Shown: positions 51,649 to 64,000 of the stretch, piece after piece
Position numbering within the stretch: position 1 is the first letter of the stretch
Layout of the letters: each line of letters begins with the position of its first letter
Assembly: GCA_010093705.1 (NCBI GenBank)
Contig: MU006091.1
Coordinates: forward strand, 62,001 to 126,000
Length of the DNA: 64,000 nt
Direction of reading: 5' to 3'
Source of the DNA: Patellaria atrata CBS 101060
Taxonomy: Eukaryota
Notes under the pieces: model-generated
What the model was told of the DNA's origin: nothing
The model's database searches: none
The model's input: only the letters and a program-made list of their open reading frames with translations
Program-made: the position numbers and the translations under genes

Positions 51649-52899
51649 CTAAAAAGACTCTGCGGCAGCGAGTCTCCTGCGGTGCAGTCCACGATGGAGA
51701 CTGCGCTTAGCGAAGCCGGGATAATCCGCTGCGTAGCCGATGGAGCCATCGGAGCATTGAGTACCGCCCGACACCGCTTTCAAGACGGCGCAGTTGTTGA
51801 TGTCGCAGAGGCCGTATTGCGTTGTGCCCTGGCATACGACGGCACCGGGGGACGTGCAAGGGATTGAGCCGGCAGGGCAGGATCCGTTGCCGTTCGATGG
51901 CGCGGGTGCTTGGGTGGCGGCGGGAGGCGAGACGACGGGTGATTCGGCGGGCGAAGTTGCGACTGGGGAGTCGGGCGCGGCGGTCTCGGTTACGACGACG
52001 GTGACGAGGGTTGTGGTTGTGGATGCGCCGGGAGCAAAGATACCGCCGGTGTTGGCGGGCGCTGAAGCAGCGGGAGTTGAAACTGCGGGAGCGGATGCTG
52101 CTGGCGTGGAAGCTGCTGGAGCAGAGGAAGCAGGCTTGGAAGGTACGGGGGCATCGCCAACTGGAAGCTGACCGCCCTTGGGGCAGGTACCGCTGGCAGC
52201 GTCGCTGGGCTCCTGGTCCCTCTGGACGGACTGGCCGGCGTTGGGGATGTTGAGGACACCTTCGACGGTTGTGCACTCGCCGGCAATGTTGGCGACGAAC
52301 ATGTTAGGAAGGCTGCTCATGAAGGCTTCGTCGCCGGAACCGCCGCTGACGGTGACCGGGGCGCAGTTCATGTACATTTCGCGATTGCCAATCTTGTTGA
52401 ACCAGGTCCAAGCGATGGTAGCCTTTCCGTTCTTGATACCAGCGGGGATTGGGACCTCGTAGCCGCGGACGCATTCAGTGTCGTTGGGGCCAGCGCACTG
52501 CACACCGTCAGGACGACCATTGGCATCGGTACCTTGAGAGGCGATATTCCCAACTGCGTTCGCGGGGCAGCCACCGATCATGGTGTGGAGGACCTTCCAC
52601 TTGCTCTTGTCCTTTGGTGGAGGGTCGTCGTAGGTGATAGAAACTTGGCAAGACCCACCTCCGTGAACGGCAGATCCGGTGAACCTGAGAGGCATGGTGC
52701 TGCCAGCCGTGACCGCGTTGTCGATGCCTGCCCTGTCGAAGTTGGATTGAGCGCAAGGGAAGACGACATTGTCACCGTTGATTGGTGCAGTTTGTAGGGT
52801 AGCGAAGGCGTATGGTGTGGGGGTGTTCATGACCATGTGAGCCATGGCAGAGGAAACATAGAGCGCCGCAGCGGCGATGGTGGTCTTTGCGTACTTCAT
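51649..52899 (-). CDS. AA11 lytic polysaccharide monooxygenase (chitin-active family) with S/T/P linker and Cys-rich C-terminal module
   Basis: Signal peptide ...SSAMA followed by His1 (HMVMNTP.PY); GSAVHGGGSCQVSITYD, WTWFNKIGNREMYMNCA; PAAS linker; C-terminal CPAGSIPC..PGAVVC...QYGLC...C......GGTQC. Confidence 0.92.
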   Translation of the reverse strand: MKYAKTTIAAAALYVSSAMAHMVMNTPTPYAFATLQTAPINGDNVVFPCAQSNFDRAGIDNAVTAGSTMPLRFTGSAVHGGGSCQVSITYDDPPPKDKSKWKVLHTMIGGCPANAVGNIASQGTDANGRPDGVQCAGPNDTECVRGYEVPIPAGIKNGKATIAWTWFNKIGNREMYMNCAPVTVSGGSGDEAFMSSLPNMFVANIAGECTTVEGVLNIPNAGQSVQRDQEPSDAASGTCPKGGQLPVGDAPVPSKPASSAPAASTPAASAPAVSTPAASAPANTGGIFAPGASTTTTLVTVVVTETAAPDSPVATSPAESPVVSPPAATQAPAPSNGNGSCPAGSIPCTSPGAVVCQGTTQYGLCDINNCAVLKAVSGGTQCSDGSIGYAADYPGFAKRSLHRGLHRRRLAAAESF

Positions 52900-53766
52900 G
52901 TTGTAGATGGGTATATTTACTCGGTTAAAGATAGTGTGGGATGTGTGAGCAGTTGTGAGTGCTAAGAAATCGCAAGGCCAGCAAGCGATGCAAGGACAAG
53001 TCGTTGTTGATTTAAGTTTTTGGCAGTAGATGGTTCTAGAATTTAGGTTAGGATGATTGTAATATTGGTAGATGTTGGGGGTTTTAAGAGCTTATATGGT
53101 TGTAGGAGTGTGATAAGTGAGCGTCATTGTTTGAAGGAAATGCACGGCCGGTATGCATTGTTGAGCCGCAACTCGGGACAATGGCATTGTCAGAAGTGTC
53201 AAAGAGATCCATTGTCCTCGATCTTGAGAACAATGGTCGTGGCTCGGGCAGGTCGTTGTGAAAGCACGTGGGACAAAGAGAGCACATTACAATACATGTG
53301 GCGCATGACATGTGTTGTGGGGGAGTAAGAGGACAAAGAAACCGTTTACGGACTTACTCGAGATGGAGGTATTGTATTTCACAATATACCAAATCAAATC
53401 AATTGAAAGTCTTGCTCTTCAATTCGGGTTGAAGTTTAGCAGCACAAAGGAATGTGTATATGCTCAGAGATCCCTCAGGGAAAGGACTGTGATCACTCGA
53501 CCGAAGCGAGGACTTGTAAGGATGGATGAACAAGAAGAAAGTGAGAAAACAGAAGGACTAGCCCTGAAACTTTTTTCGTCGACGAAAGCGATAGGGAAGA
53601 GAAGAAGGGAAAGGCTGGTGTAGCGGAGGGGAGGATATATAGTAGGTGCCCTTAACCATAATGCACAATTTTCTTCTGACTCCTGAGCGGTTGAGTAAGG
53701 TATGTGGGTATGAATGTTCAGAATCAAGCTTTTGCCCCATACAAGGGTGTCATCTGCTAACTGCAA

Positions 53767-53822
53767 GGTACACTCAGGGACTCAGGTACACTCAGGGAAC
53801 ACTCAGGGACTCAGGTACACTC
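53767..53822 (+). repeat. Short intergenic minisatellite (GGTACACTCAGGGACTCA-type units, ~3 copies)
   Basis: ggtacactcagggactca ggtacactcagggaacactcagggactca ggtacactc. Confidence 0.85.
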
Positions 53823-56800
53823 CGCTCTCCAACAGGGCATGTCCGCTTACCTCCCCGCAATATACGGATCGATGGACTGTTTGAGAGTGAAAAACATATT
53901 TACCAATCAAGAAGCTGTTATTGCTTTCCATGTGCAGTCGGCGTGCGGCTAGAAGAAAGTCAGCACAAGGAGAAGGCCATCTGGTGCATGAAAGGCGAAG
54001 GGAGCTAGAGCGGGCTGGAGTGCTGGACAAAGAAGAAACTAAGCGCATAGGAGCCATAGGCAGCAGATCTCTTTGCACAGCTTGTTGTTCTCTACGCGCG
54101 AGGTGAGCGCAGGACAAGCGATAGGATTGGTGGGTAGAGGTGGTGTAGCAAGAGTTTCGAAACGTTGAGAAAAGGAAGCTGAAGGGAGGGGGGGGGAATG
54201 GGGGTGGAGAGGACTCACTGCTGGAATCCCAAGCGGCATCCACCGAGGCGTACACAGTAAACAAAGCGTTAAACTATCAGCCTATCGCCTGGCCTATCCG
54301 TTTATCGATAAAGGATAACTCTAACACATGGCGAACTGGAATAGCAAATCGAAACACTCGGTCACATTTTTGATCATCTGTCGGCCAGAGTCAATTCTGC
54401 ATTTTCGCACGTTTTGCCGCAATTTTTGATGTTGATTCGTGGACGCAGACTGAGGCTGGACATTTGAGGCTGCCCCCAAATCGCCAATTAGAGTCAATGG
54501 AGGAGTCAAGAGCTTCGTAGACGCTCGAGCCCTGACTAAGAAAGCACACAAGGAAGAAAACGGTCAACCCGAAACACCTCACGTCTCACCTGAATTCCAC
54601 ACCAGCCACTGACAGCAACTTCAGCTCTTCTTGTTCTGCCGTCCTTGCAGCTGGAACAATCCACCTTCCAGCAATTTTATGAGCAAACCCCACCACCGAG
54701 GGCTAACTGCCAGCATCATCCTCTTTTTCAACATCCGTTCGCCACAACTCCGAAAAGAGCTTTCAACAGATTACGCAAACACCAATCCAGCTTTGAAACA
54801 AACATCATGCGATATCTTCGAGACTTCCTTTCTGAGTACTCGACGTCCGAAAGAGAGCCAACGCGGCCATTCGTACAGTACGGAGTACAGCGCCAGTCAC
54901 TGAGTGCCCAGCCTTCTTAATGCATGCACATAATGAGGGCTCCTCTTTGTTTGACACACCGAACTCTTCTCTCTACCGTACCCCAACCGTCTATTGGTGA
55001 GGTGATAATCAGTCTTTAGAGGTAGCTCTAGCGCATCAAGACCAATGCATCTCGTGTCGTGGAGTATGCTGCAACTGTTAAATCGAACCTATTTGGAACC
55101 TTTTGGAGTGTCGAGTATCTTAAGATATGACTTCTGAAAGCATCTTTCACCCGTGAATACCAACTTGTACAGCGGTATAGCAACCCCGAACTTGTTTGCC
55201 GACTGCTAGCCCGGAAGAGTGGCTCGAATGATACAACCTCACCCCGTTTCTCTCTATTTTAAGCGCTGTCGTGAAACGCTCCTCTAAACGGAGCGTTGAA
55301 TCGAAAACGCCAGAATGATATCGAGTCAATGGGGACGTATATGGTACATTGGCCTTTCATACTTTATATTGGAATCTCTTTCGCATCCTTTTTATATGTA
55401 ATGAGCGCGTGTATTGTTCAGTATTATCAGATGATTCGACCTTATAAGTCAATGAATTTTTTTTTTCTAGTTACTCCTCTTCTCGGTCACAGTTGGCAGT
55501 CCTTGGTTGCTGTACACTTAGCGTACGTTCACTTGCGCACCTCACCTCGATTTCAAAGTACAGAGAGCCGTCAAGATACGTACGGCTGACGCATTCGTAC
55601 AGCTCGAAGTCACTTGTACGATTTTGGTTCACCGTGTGCCACAAGCTATCTGTACCTTCCACCAGCACCGTACACGTACAGTAGCTCACGAGTTCTGGAT
55701 AGAACGAGGGATAAAGTTCGGTCGACTGGTTACTAAGTGGTTTGTACGCTAAAGTCACTCTACAGTTGTACTGGAACATGCTTCTAGTTATGGCATGAAT
55801 TTCGTGAGGCCGTAAAGCAACACTCTACCCGCTAGGTATGGGTTGACCTTGAGAAATCTAATCACGACTTTTCATCTGTATATCCCAGGTGCCTGGTATA
55901 CTACGGAGTGCTTGATTGTTGAGGAGGGTAAACATAACGAAGGGAGGAGGTTGATGCTTCGTTTTCTAGGGTCTCCCCGTATCCTACTGATAAAAACCTT
56001 CATCCTCCTTACATAGTAAAGAAGAATATTTGGTGGGTGAAGACTTGTTACCTAAAATAGACCCAGCATAAGGTAAGGTAGCGATGGTACGGTAAGATAT
56101 TATGCATGGAAGTTTAAAGCGTTGGACATTACTCCTGACGGAAACCAAACTTTATTGGAAAGCCGTCGTGTGACACGCATTCGCAGGATAAATAAACAAA
56201 TCACTATACTTGGTTTGCAACTTCAGCGAAATGTGAAGATTTATATGTGAATACTAAATAAGGTAATCTAAAGCACACCTTGGTCGGGCGGGTAGATGGT
56301 GAGAGGGCGCACGGGGCATTCATAGGCGAAAGAGCTTCCCACCAGGAGCCTCAGCCGGCACAATGCCCTTGCCCTCTCACCTCCATCAACATACATCCTC
56401 GATACACCCCAAATCATCAGGTACACCCTCTGCTCTGTAGTGTTTCATCATCTTTCGCTTCATCGCCTATCATACCACCATCAGAAGTGTGTCTGTAGTT
56501 AGAATCATTCCTATGTCGTTGTGTTCTGAGAATCGCGACATCACCACGTTGAAGCCTCCCCGCTCTCCCGGCTTTCTCACCAACACCCAACGACCAACTT
56601 TGATAAACTCGAATACGAAAAGGGCCGAAAGAAGGTATACTAGGATAGAGAACAAACTCATCTCTCTTTTCAAAAACAAGACTGCAACCCACCATCTTTC
56701 CCTGGATACATCTGGTCTAACAAGCTCGCCTGCCTGTATAGGTACAGGAAGGATCCGTACACGCACCTCGCGTTGGCAGTCCTCATAAACAAGCACTCAA

Positions 56801-58332
56801 TCCTGGAGAAGAACACCGTCAGGCTATCTCATAAATATTGGTTTGACTAACATGGCGAGGTGTTGCAACCTGTCGGATGAGAGACGGCAGTTGAAACATC
56901 GACATACTGGGTGAAGGGGGAACATGCATGGTGTTTTTATGTCCGGACTAGGACGTGCTATAGATGTTTTTCTTCCTACCGGTGACTGAAGACTCACTTG
57001 GAAATTCGAAAATGCAAACCACTCCAGAACGTTTGCAGCACTAATAGTTTAACGGAACGTTCTATGGAATGCTTTACTCGGTCAGAGGATGCATCTAAGC
57101 GGTCAACATGTCGCCAAAACTCATATTGAACCCCCTAACCATTACTACCAGCTGGAACCTAGTACGGCTGTCTGACCTGTCATCTGTTCCTAAGCTCGTT
57201 GTTCTTATCTACAGTCCTCCGCGAAACGTCCGCGGTCGGGTTGCGATACAGTACCTCCTGAGCAGTTGCGTTGCTACGCGACCTCGTTTGTATTTGTACA
57301 AGTTACATTCCTACGGACTTTACGAGTGGGCGCCTTTATGCCTAACCACAATGATATCTAATCTCTGAGGGAGAGGGCAGCGCTGGGTCCCCAATTTCTG
57401 CACTGAAAATTGCAAAATTATATCGAAACTATTCTGATAGGCACGAGAATCATCCGTTCTTCCCGTACGACGATGCTTCGGACGGGTACTGTACAAGTAC
57501 ACGGCACTGGTTTTACACCGTTCATCATTTGATGGATAATCTGGTTGCAGAGCACTGTTTCCTTTCACCAGATTAGGGTCGCAATTTTGCAGTGGTTCTC
57601 ACGGAGCGTTTTGATCTTGTTCAACTTGCGTGCATGACGATTAGATAGAGTACTCCCTTGTTCGTGAGACTAGGATGAGAGAGATTTTCTTCTTTACTCA
57701 GCAACAAAGCAACAGCTACAAAAGGTACCTTTGAGAATCAGCGTAAAAAAGAAAAGGAGGGTATGGGGCAGAGGGACCAAAAAAGTATTGGAGGCGTTTG
57801 CATGAAGAAAAGGATCACTGTGTGATCGGATTAACAACAATCAACATCAGCACCACACCACAAGGCAAGATTGAGCTGTCTAATAAGGTACCTTATTACC
57901 TTAACATTTGACAACAGATGGGAAAACCGGCACTACGGTTGACTTCATCAAGGGGTCAAGGGGATGACGGGGCGCACTTGTTAGAAGTACGAGTTTGCAC
58001 CTTTTGCAGCTTTCCCGGGTTGGAGCCGCATGGCCACTGTCCCAGCCAGAGTGTGGTCTTCGCTGCCTTTCGCATCACTTCGACTTCGAGTGCCGTCTGG
58101 TCCTAGCTAACGAATCAGTTACCGAAGCAAGAGTACATAGGTCATCTGTGATCGCGATCAAATCATCATTTTCTCTATCTTCATCTTCTGTTTCTGTCTT
58201 TTTCGGAGGGGTAGGTAAGGGCTTGTCGCTTTTTGAGCTTCTTCATTTCTCGGAATTTCTCGCGTAACCGTGCCTGACTCTTCTTGCACCCTGCTCTGGA
58301 AATACCTTTACACATGTCTTGATTGTCTACAC

Positions 58333-61300
58333 ATGGCTGGGTCGCGAAAAGGCCCGTTGACAGATCAGTGGAGACCAGACGACTTGAATAGAGTCAAAGA
58401 TAGACCAAGGCTTAATCGTAGTCCTTCTCGAGAGCGGAGACGTTCACCAGCTGCCGTGCGCGGCGTGCGAGGCCACGATAGGGATCACAGGGCAAGCAGC
58501 CGCAGCGCCTTTGTAGACGACCGCATTTCTTCTAGGCATCCCAGAGGACATTCTCGCGATAGAAGCCGTAGTCGTCATCGACAGAGAAGTCGGGGAAGGC
58601 ATTCGCCATCGCCGCAAAGGGATTTGGAGGGGGATACGTACAGGCCGTCCAGGCACAGAGCCTCAAGCGGAGACAGACATACACAACAACACCGTCGACG
58701 ATACGATTCACCTTCATCGGCTAAACGTCGCCGGAGTAAAACTCCATCACCTACGAAAGAAAGCTATAGGCAGACGAAGCGTCGAAGAAGCCGTAGTCAC
58801 GAGCGTTCGTCATCTCGTACACGCATTTCTGACGCTGCTCGAGCTCATACAGATCGTGCATTCTCTCCTCGTCCTGCCCGCATCGATCGAGGCCTTTCGA
58901 GAAGGGTTTCCCCTGATTCATACATCCCTGCACCTCCTCGAAGACGCTCACGGTCAGCCGACGCACACTACAGACCTGCACCTCCGAAATTAAGGGCACG
59001 CTCCCCTACACCAGAGAGGAGACATATTTCTCGACGAGCGGAATCTCCGCTACGCCCTTCGCCTAGACGACATACCACAAGAAGACGTACACCCTCTGTA
59101 GAAAGTCGAACAAAGACCCATAAGGATTCGGTTGAGATAGGACATAGGAGGGACGCAAACGCAAGGGAACATCGACCTTTAGCACGATCACCATCGCCAC
59201 GACACCGCAGTTCCAGTCCTAGACATCGTCGAAGATCCCCTTTGCCATCTAGGCGTGACAGGAATCCATCGCCACATCCCGAGCGAACTTCCCGTCCATC
59301 CCCTCGCCGCCGCGTTTCTCGTTCACCACCTACGAAGAGTAGGAGCGCTGTAAAGGAGCATTCGCATCCAGAACGTACCCATCGTAGAGACAGATCTCCA
59401 AAAGTAAAAGCAGACTACGCCTCCGATACCGGGGAAGGAAAGATGGGCGATAGGTATATGCAGGGGCGACCTCCACAACGCCCACCCTTGGACACGCGTC
59501 ATTACTCTAATTCTCCGCCGCACATAGCGCACAACTACATGTCTCCCCAAGGTCAATCTCCTTATAGCAACAGAGGTGGATGGGGTGGACAGCATTACGG
59601 TAGTCATCAAGGGTATGTTCCTTCTATCTCAGCCTTTCGAAAACTTTACTAACGGACTCAGTTCTCCTATGCATGGCTATTCGCCGAGTCAATCACCATA
59701 TCATCAACAACATAACTATTCCCCTACGGGACCTCCCCAGGGATACTATTCGCAACCACAATACAGTGGTCCACCATCTCAACACTCTTTCCAAGGTCAG
59801 CCGTATCGTGGTAGTCAAGGAGCGTATAGGGGAAATCATTACACCACACCCGACCGTTCTTACTCTTCACGGCCGTCATCTAGTTATCCCCCTCCTGCTG
59901 CTGCGGCGGCAACACGAGGCCGTGGTAATTTTAGCAATCTATCTTGGACGCCTCAGACAGGCACCCGCGGGGGCAAACCCCCTGAGCGGGGTAGACTTCC
60001 TCTCTTGTCACAGTCTTCAACCCCAGATGCAGCAACACATGGAGCACAGGACGGTTCGAGTAATCCTGCAGAGGATGATGACAACCCGTTCCGTCCGTCG
60101 AAGGACCTTCGAGTTGAAGACCAGTCAGACCAAAAAGCAAAAGAAGAGAAACCTATGCCTCCGCCGCTCAAACCTTCAACGACAACTTCTGCAGACAAGG
60201 AGCCAAAAATCAGTTTTAGCTTGGCAAAGAAAGGAGCTGCACCTTTAGTCACGCCCAAAGCTGACCTTCTATCTCGCGACGCCGCCATTTCGAAACCCAA
60301 AGCTACCTCCCCACCTCCACATCATTCTACAAGTTCTACCAGTGGTTTGAAGTCAAGGCCTGATCCTCGTTATGAACGCAGTGAAAGATCCGACATCCGC
60401 CTCGATCGCAACGATCGGCGAGAAGCAAGATATGAACGGCCTTCAGACCCGTATTCGGATAGACGACACGAAGAGAGAAGATACGATGATAGAAGGCTAG
60501 AAGATAGAAGAGTGGAGGATAGACGCTATGATGACAAGCGCTACGATGATAGACGTTATGATGAGAAAAAGTATGAGGAAAAGAGGTCGGACTATAAACA
60601 ATCAGATGTACGTTCCCGGCGATGGCCCGACAACCGCACTGAAGCACGTCCCGAAGCACGACCTGAACCTCGACCCGAAGCACGAAAGTTTGAGAAGAGG
60701 ATTATGAGACGCCCCAAGCCGCGCCCTAAGCTTGAACCTGATTTTGCCGCATCTGAGTCCGTATACTACCGCAAACCGGGTAATGAGTCGATCGTCGGCT
60801 CAGGCACGTATGGGAAGGTATTTAAAGGGATACATGTGTACACGAAGGATACTGTCGCGCTCAAGAAGATCAGAATGGAAGGCGAACGTGATGGAGTAAG
60901 TATACTTCCACTCCTTGTTTTACACTTGCTAAATTTCCGCAGTTCCCTGTCACAGCGATCCGAGAAATCAAGCTCTTGCAATCGCTCAACCATGACAATA
61001 TTGTCAAACTGCATGAAGTCATGGTTGAACGGAACGATTGCTTCATGGTCTTCGAATATCTTTCACACGATCTTACCGGTCTCCTAAGCCATCCGAACTT
61101 CACTCTGGAGCAGGCACACAAAAAGGACCTGGCCAAGCAACTTTTTGAAGGTCTTGATTACCTCCACCGGAGGGGGGTGCTTCATCGTGATATCAAAGCT
61201 GCGAATATTCTTGTCAGTAACACAGGCCAACTTAAACTGGCCGATTTCGGTTTAGCCCGTTTCTACGCCAAGCGTGGGAAACTTGATTATACTAATCGGG

Positions 61301-61929
61301 TAATCACCATCTGGTACCGCTCGCCTGAACTTTTACTTGGAGAAACGCAGTATGGGCCAGCCGTGGATATCTGGTCTGCCGCATGTGTGATGGTCGAAAT
61401 ATTTACTGGTTCCGCGATCTTTCCTGGTGATGGTGGCGAGATCAATCAGCTCGAAAAAATATATAACGTCCTTGGAACACCGACACGAGAAGAGTGGCCG
61501 AGCATAGTAGATATGCAGTGGTTTGAGCTGCTCAGGCCGACGGAGCGCAAATCGAGTACTTTTGCCGAGAAGTATCAAGGACGGGTAACTTCGGCGGCTT
61601 TCGAGCTCCTTGAGGCAATGTTCCATTTCGATCCGTTGAAGCGCCCGGCCGCTGGAGATGTCCTAGAGCATGCATACTTCACGACCGAGGAACCAACTCC
61701 TAGGCGAGCTGTGGAACTGGAACAGGTGGAAGGCGATTTCCACGAGTTTGAAAGCAAAGCATTGAGAAAGGAAAGGGAACGGCAAGACAGAGAAGCAAGG
61801 AAATTGGCAAGGGAGGAACTTCTCAAGAAGGAATCCGAGAAGCGCCGTGCGGATGCCTCTCCAGAGCCTAAACCTGCAGCGAAGAAGCAGAGAGCCGGCG
61901 AAGATATGGACATAGTCATGGGGCTATAA
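58333..61929 (+). CDS. CTK1: RNA Pol II CTD Ser2 kinase Ctk1/Lsk1 (CDK12-like) with long RS-rich N-terminus, 3 exons
   Basis: RS-rich ORF, introns ~59613-59661 and ~60896-60942; YYRKPGNESIVGSGTYGKVFK, ALKKIRMEGERDG|FPVTAIREIKLLQ, HRDIKAANIL, DFGLAR, YTNRVITIWYRSPELLLGET, HEFESKALR. Confidence 0.93.
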
Positions 61930-63051
61930 CCATGGTAGTTCTTTTCAACCTTATCAATGCAGTTTTAAGGGGTTGCATTCGCCGCTAAGCATCTGGCGAC
62001 ATAAGGCTCAGAGAAATGACGAGGCCGATGAGCGCTAAGCTTGTCATATTGATTTAGGAGTCGATCATTTGGACTATCTTGTATGTATAGACTCCTTTGT
62101 TTCCTTTCATAATAGCCAATTTTGCGGGTTTGGCGAAAAGCCGCAAAGGTGAAGAATCGATAACATTTATATTAAAATGAACCCATTCAATGGTCTTGAG
62201 ACGCTCCAATTAGTTAGTCTTGAACATTGTCAGCGCGCGCGCGCACCCACCTGATACCGAGGTTTAAGGCGTGCAACAAGATACTGAACACCGACAAGGC
62301 GGCAAAACATAAAAGACTTTTGTCGCTGAGTGTTGGCATTTGTCAAATTTCGGTAAGGTGCATACATGCAGGAGTGCCGAAGGTGTACGGTTGTGCAGGT
62401 TCGCATATAGCCTACAGCCGGAAGATTATTTCGGATTGCAATACGTCGATTTTGGGGGTTATCGCCTTGAATTAAGAGCACGATAAGGGTTTGTGCTCTG
62501 AGAAATACATCGACGCGGATTTGTGGAGCAAATAATGCCGTTCGTCCAAAGTGATTCGGGCCTCCGCGGCCATCATTGAAGAGAAAGGTGGCTTAGGAGA
62601 GGTCGATAAAGTACCGACAGAGTTAGCAATATCGATATCAATAGGGTTCATATCGATCTTGTTTAAAGTACCTGTTCCAAAAATACGCAGCGATGCCGTG
62701 GGCTTCCAAACCCCTGGTCGAAGAGCGTCCATCCTGACATCTTTTCGTTCCCAATTCTTCAGGTCTAGTAGGGTGCGGGTGGCGGAAGAGACCGAGCTCG
62801 ATTGCGATCAGCAGAGGTGCATCATGTTCACAGGCTGAGGTGTAAGCGCGGTAGAGGAATACGAGTTTTGGACACCCCTTCAGACTGAAAGAGGAGAGGA
62901 GCTCGGAATAGGGGGGTTCGATGGTGGTGGGATCACTGGAAAGCAAACCGAAGCTCAGGTTATAGTATATCGTCCTTCCCTTAAATTCACGAGGTACAAG
63001 TTATTTGAGAGTTGTTCGTTGAGGAAGAGTAATCTCATGTCATCTGGCGAA

Positions 63052-63098
63052 ACCCCATCCACCCCCCTCCCCCTCCCCCCCTCCCCCCCCGGGGGGCC
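63052..63098 (-). other. Poly-C tract (G-quadruplex-capable on the minus strand) followed by a G6 run
   Basis: accccatccacccccctccccctcccccccctccccccccggggggcc contains more than four runs of three or more C. Confidence 0.6.
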
Positions 63099-64000
63099 TG
63101 GTTTTCAAGGTATGTTAAGGTACTATCTGGATTGATGAGTCAACAGGATCAACACAATAAAGCTACCTCGTACTGAACTGTATTACACTGTATCTCATGC
63201 TTCAGGGTTCTATTGTAGATATTGTATGGGGGATGCTCAGGTGGAGGGGTATAAAGGACCTGAAGTTGGAATCGTCCCAAAGGAGGGCGGGAAACACAAT
63301 AATGGAAGTAAGGGAGGGGTAATCACAGTAAAGGTGTTGAGGTATCGCGGGGTTATCGGGATAGGCTTTTCCCCAATAGGAAGGAATCCATGCTTCGATC
63401 CGAAAGGCAACCTAACTTCAACCACAAGCCAACACACTGCATACAAACTCACAGTAGCTCTATCGTAATCTCTCTACCTCACTACCTCCATCAGAGCACC
63501 AGCCTCCGGTTCAAGCATTCTTTCCGAGCCTACATGAATGATCCTTTCGCGGAGATGATGAGGATCGCGGACCGCTCGCTTTTCGAGACGTGGACTTCTT
63601 CTACGGGATAAGAGTTAGGTCTCTCGTGCTATTCTTCGCCCGCTCAGCAGTCACCACTCGCACGACAGCAACGTCTCATCTCTCATTCAGCTTATGCGCG
63701 ATATTCTTTGCAGGAACGGTCATGCGTATGCTCCGATATTAAATTTCTCCAGCTACCAGGCAATAATAAGCCCAAATCTTCTCGTATCTGCAGTGTTCGC
63801 GTGAACTTCGCCCAACAAGCATTTTCTCTGACATCCTCACGCCGTCCCAAAGAAGCGCCAGGAAAGACAAGACTCTCTTACCCTTCTGCCACAATATATA
63901 CCGCTCGCTTCGATGTTAGTTCGCTAACTGAAGGAGCATTTCGATAGCGTGAAAACAGACTGCCGGTGTTGCTTTCATTTATCCATATTAATCTTCGTCA

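Noticed and set aside
53767..53822. Repeat units as a CRISPR-like array
   Set aside because: Eukaryotic context, no unique spacers and no cas genes; it is a simple minisatellite.
53053..58267. Short ORFs in the LPMO-CTK1 intergenic region (e.g. 54645-54920, 56489-56788)
   Set aside because: No motifs and mostly non-ATG starts; indistinguishable from chance ORFs without expression data.
60470..60690. DDRRY and PEAR tandem repeats
   Set aside because: Ordinary low-complexity coding repeats within the disordered N-terminus of Ctk1.
62227..63947. ORFs at the window end, including 63390-63611 and 63708-63947 in the same frame
   Set aside because: No family motif recognised; not supportable as a gene or pseudogene from sequence alone.

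Overview
This is a gene-dense segment of a filamentous ascomycete (Pezizomycotina) nuclear genome with short spliceosomal introns. The housekeeping backbone runs in this order: TRF4/Cid14-like poly(A) polymerase (5' part only), RPB10, UTP17/NAN1, a LITAF-domain protein, RTF2, the divergent fatty-acid synthase pair FAS1(beta)/FAS2(alpha), EFG1, SEA4/MIOS, TPT1, SCS3/FIT2, a Rab5-type GTPase, a DUF4048-like protein, an AA11 LPMO and the CTD kinase CTK1. Two accessory-looking intervals interrupt it. The first (~24-30.8 kb) holds an ACS-family MFS transporter, an uncharacterised Cys-motif protein and relics. The second (~40-48.5 kb) holds a TPR-like relic, a GH3 beta-xylosidase and a head-to-head pair of pseudogenes encoding a protein-kinase-like protein and a PD-(D/E)XK nuclease-like protein. 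That nuclease/kinase pair is the most unusual signal; it resembles a split toxin/antidote (Spok-like) domain combination, but this is inference. No tRNA, rRNA, CRISPR array or intact transposon was recognised. All assignments come from manual translation and recalled motifs, not database searches.
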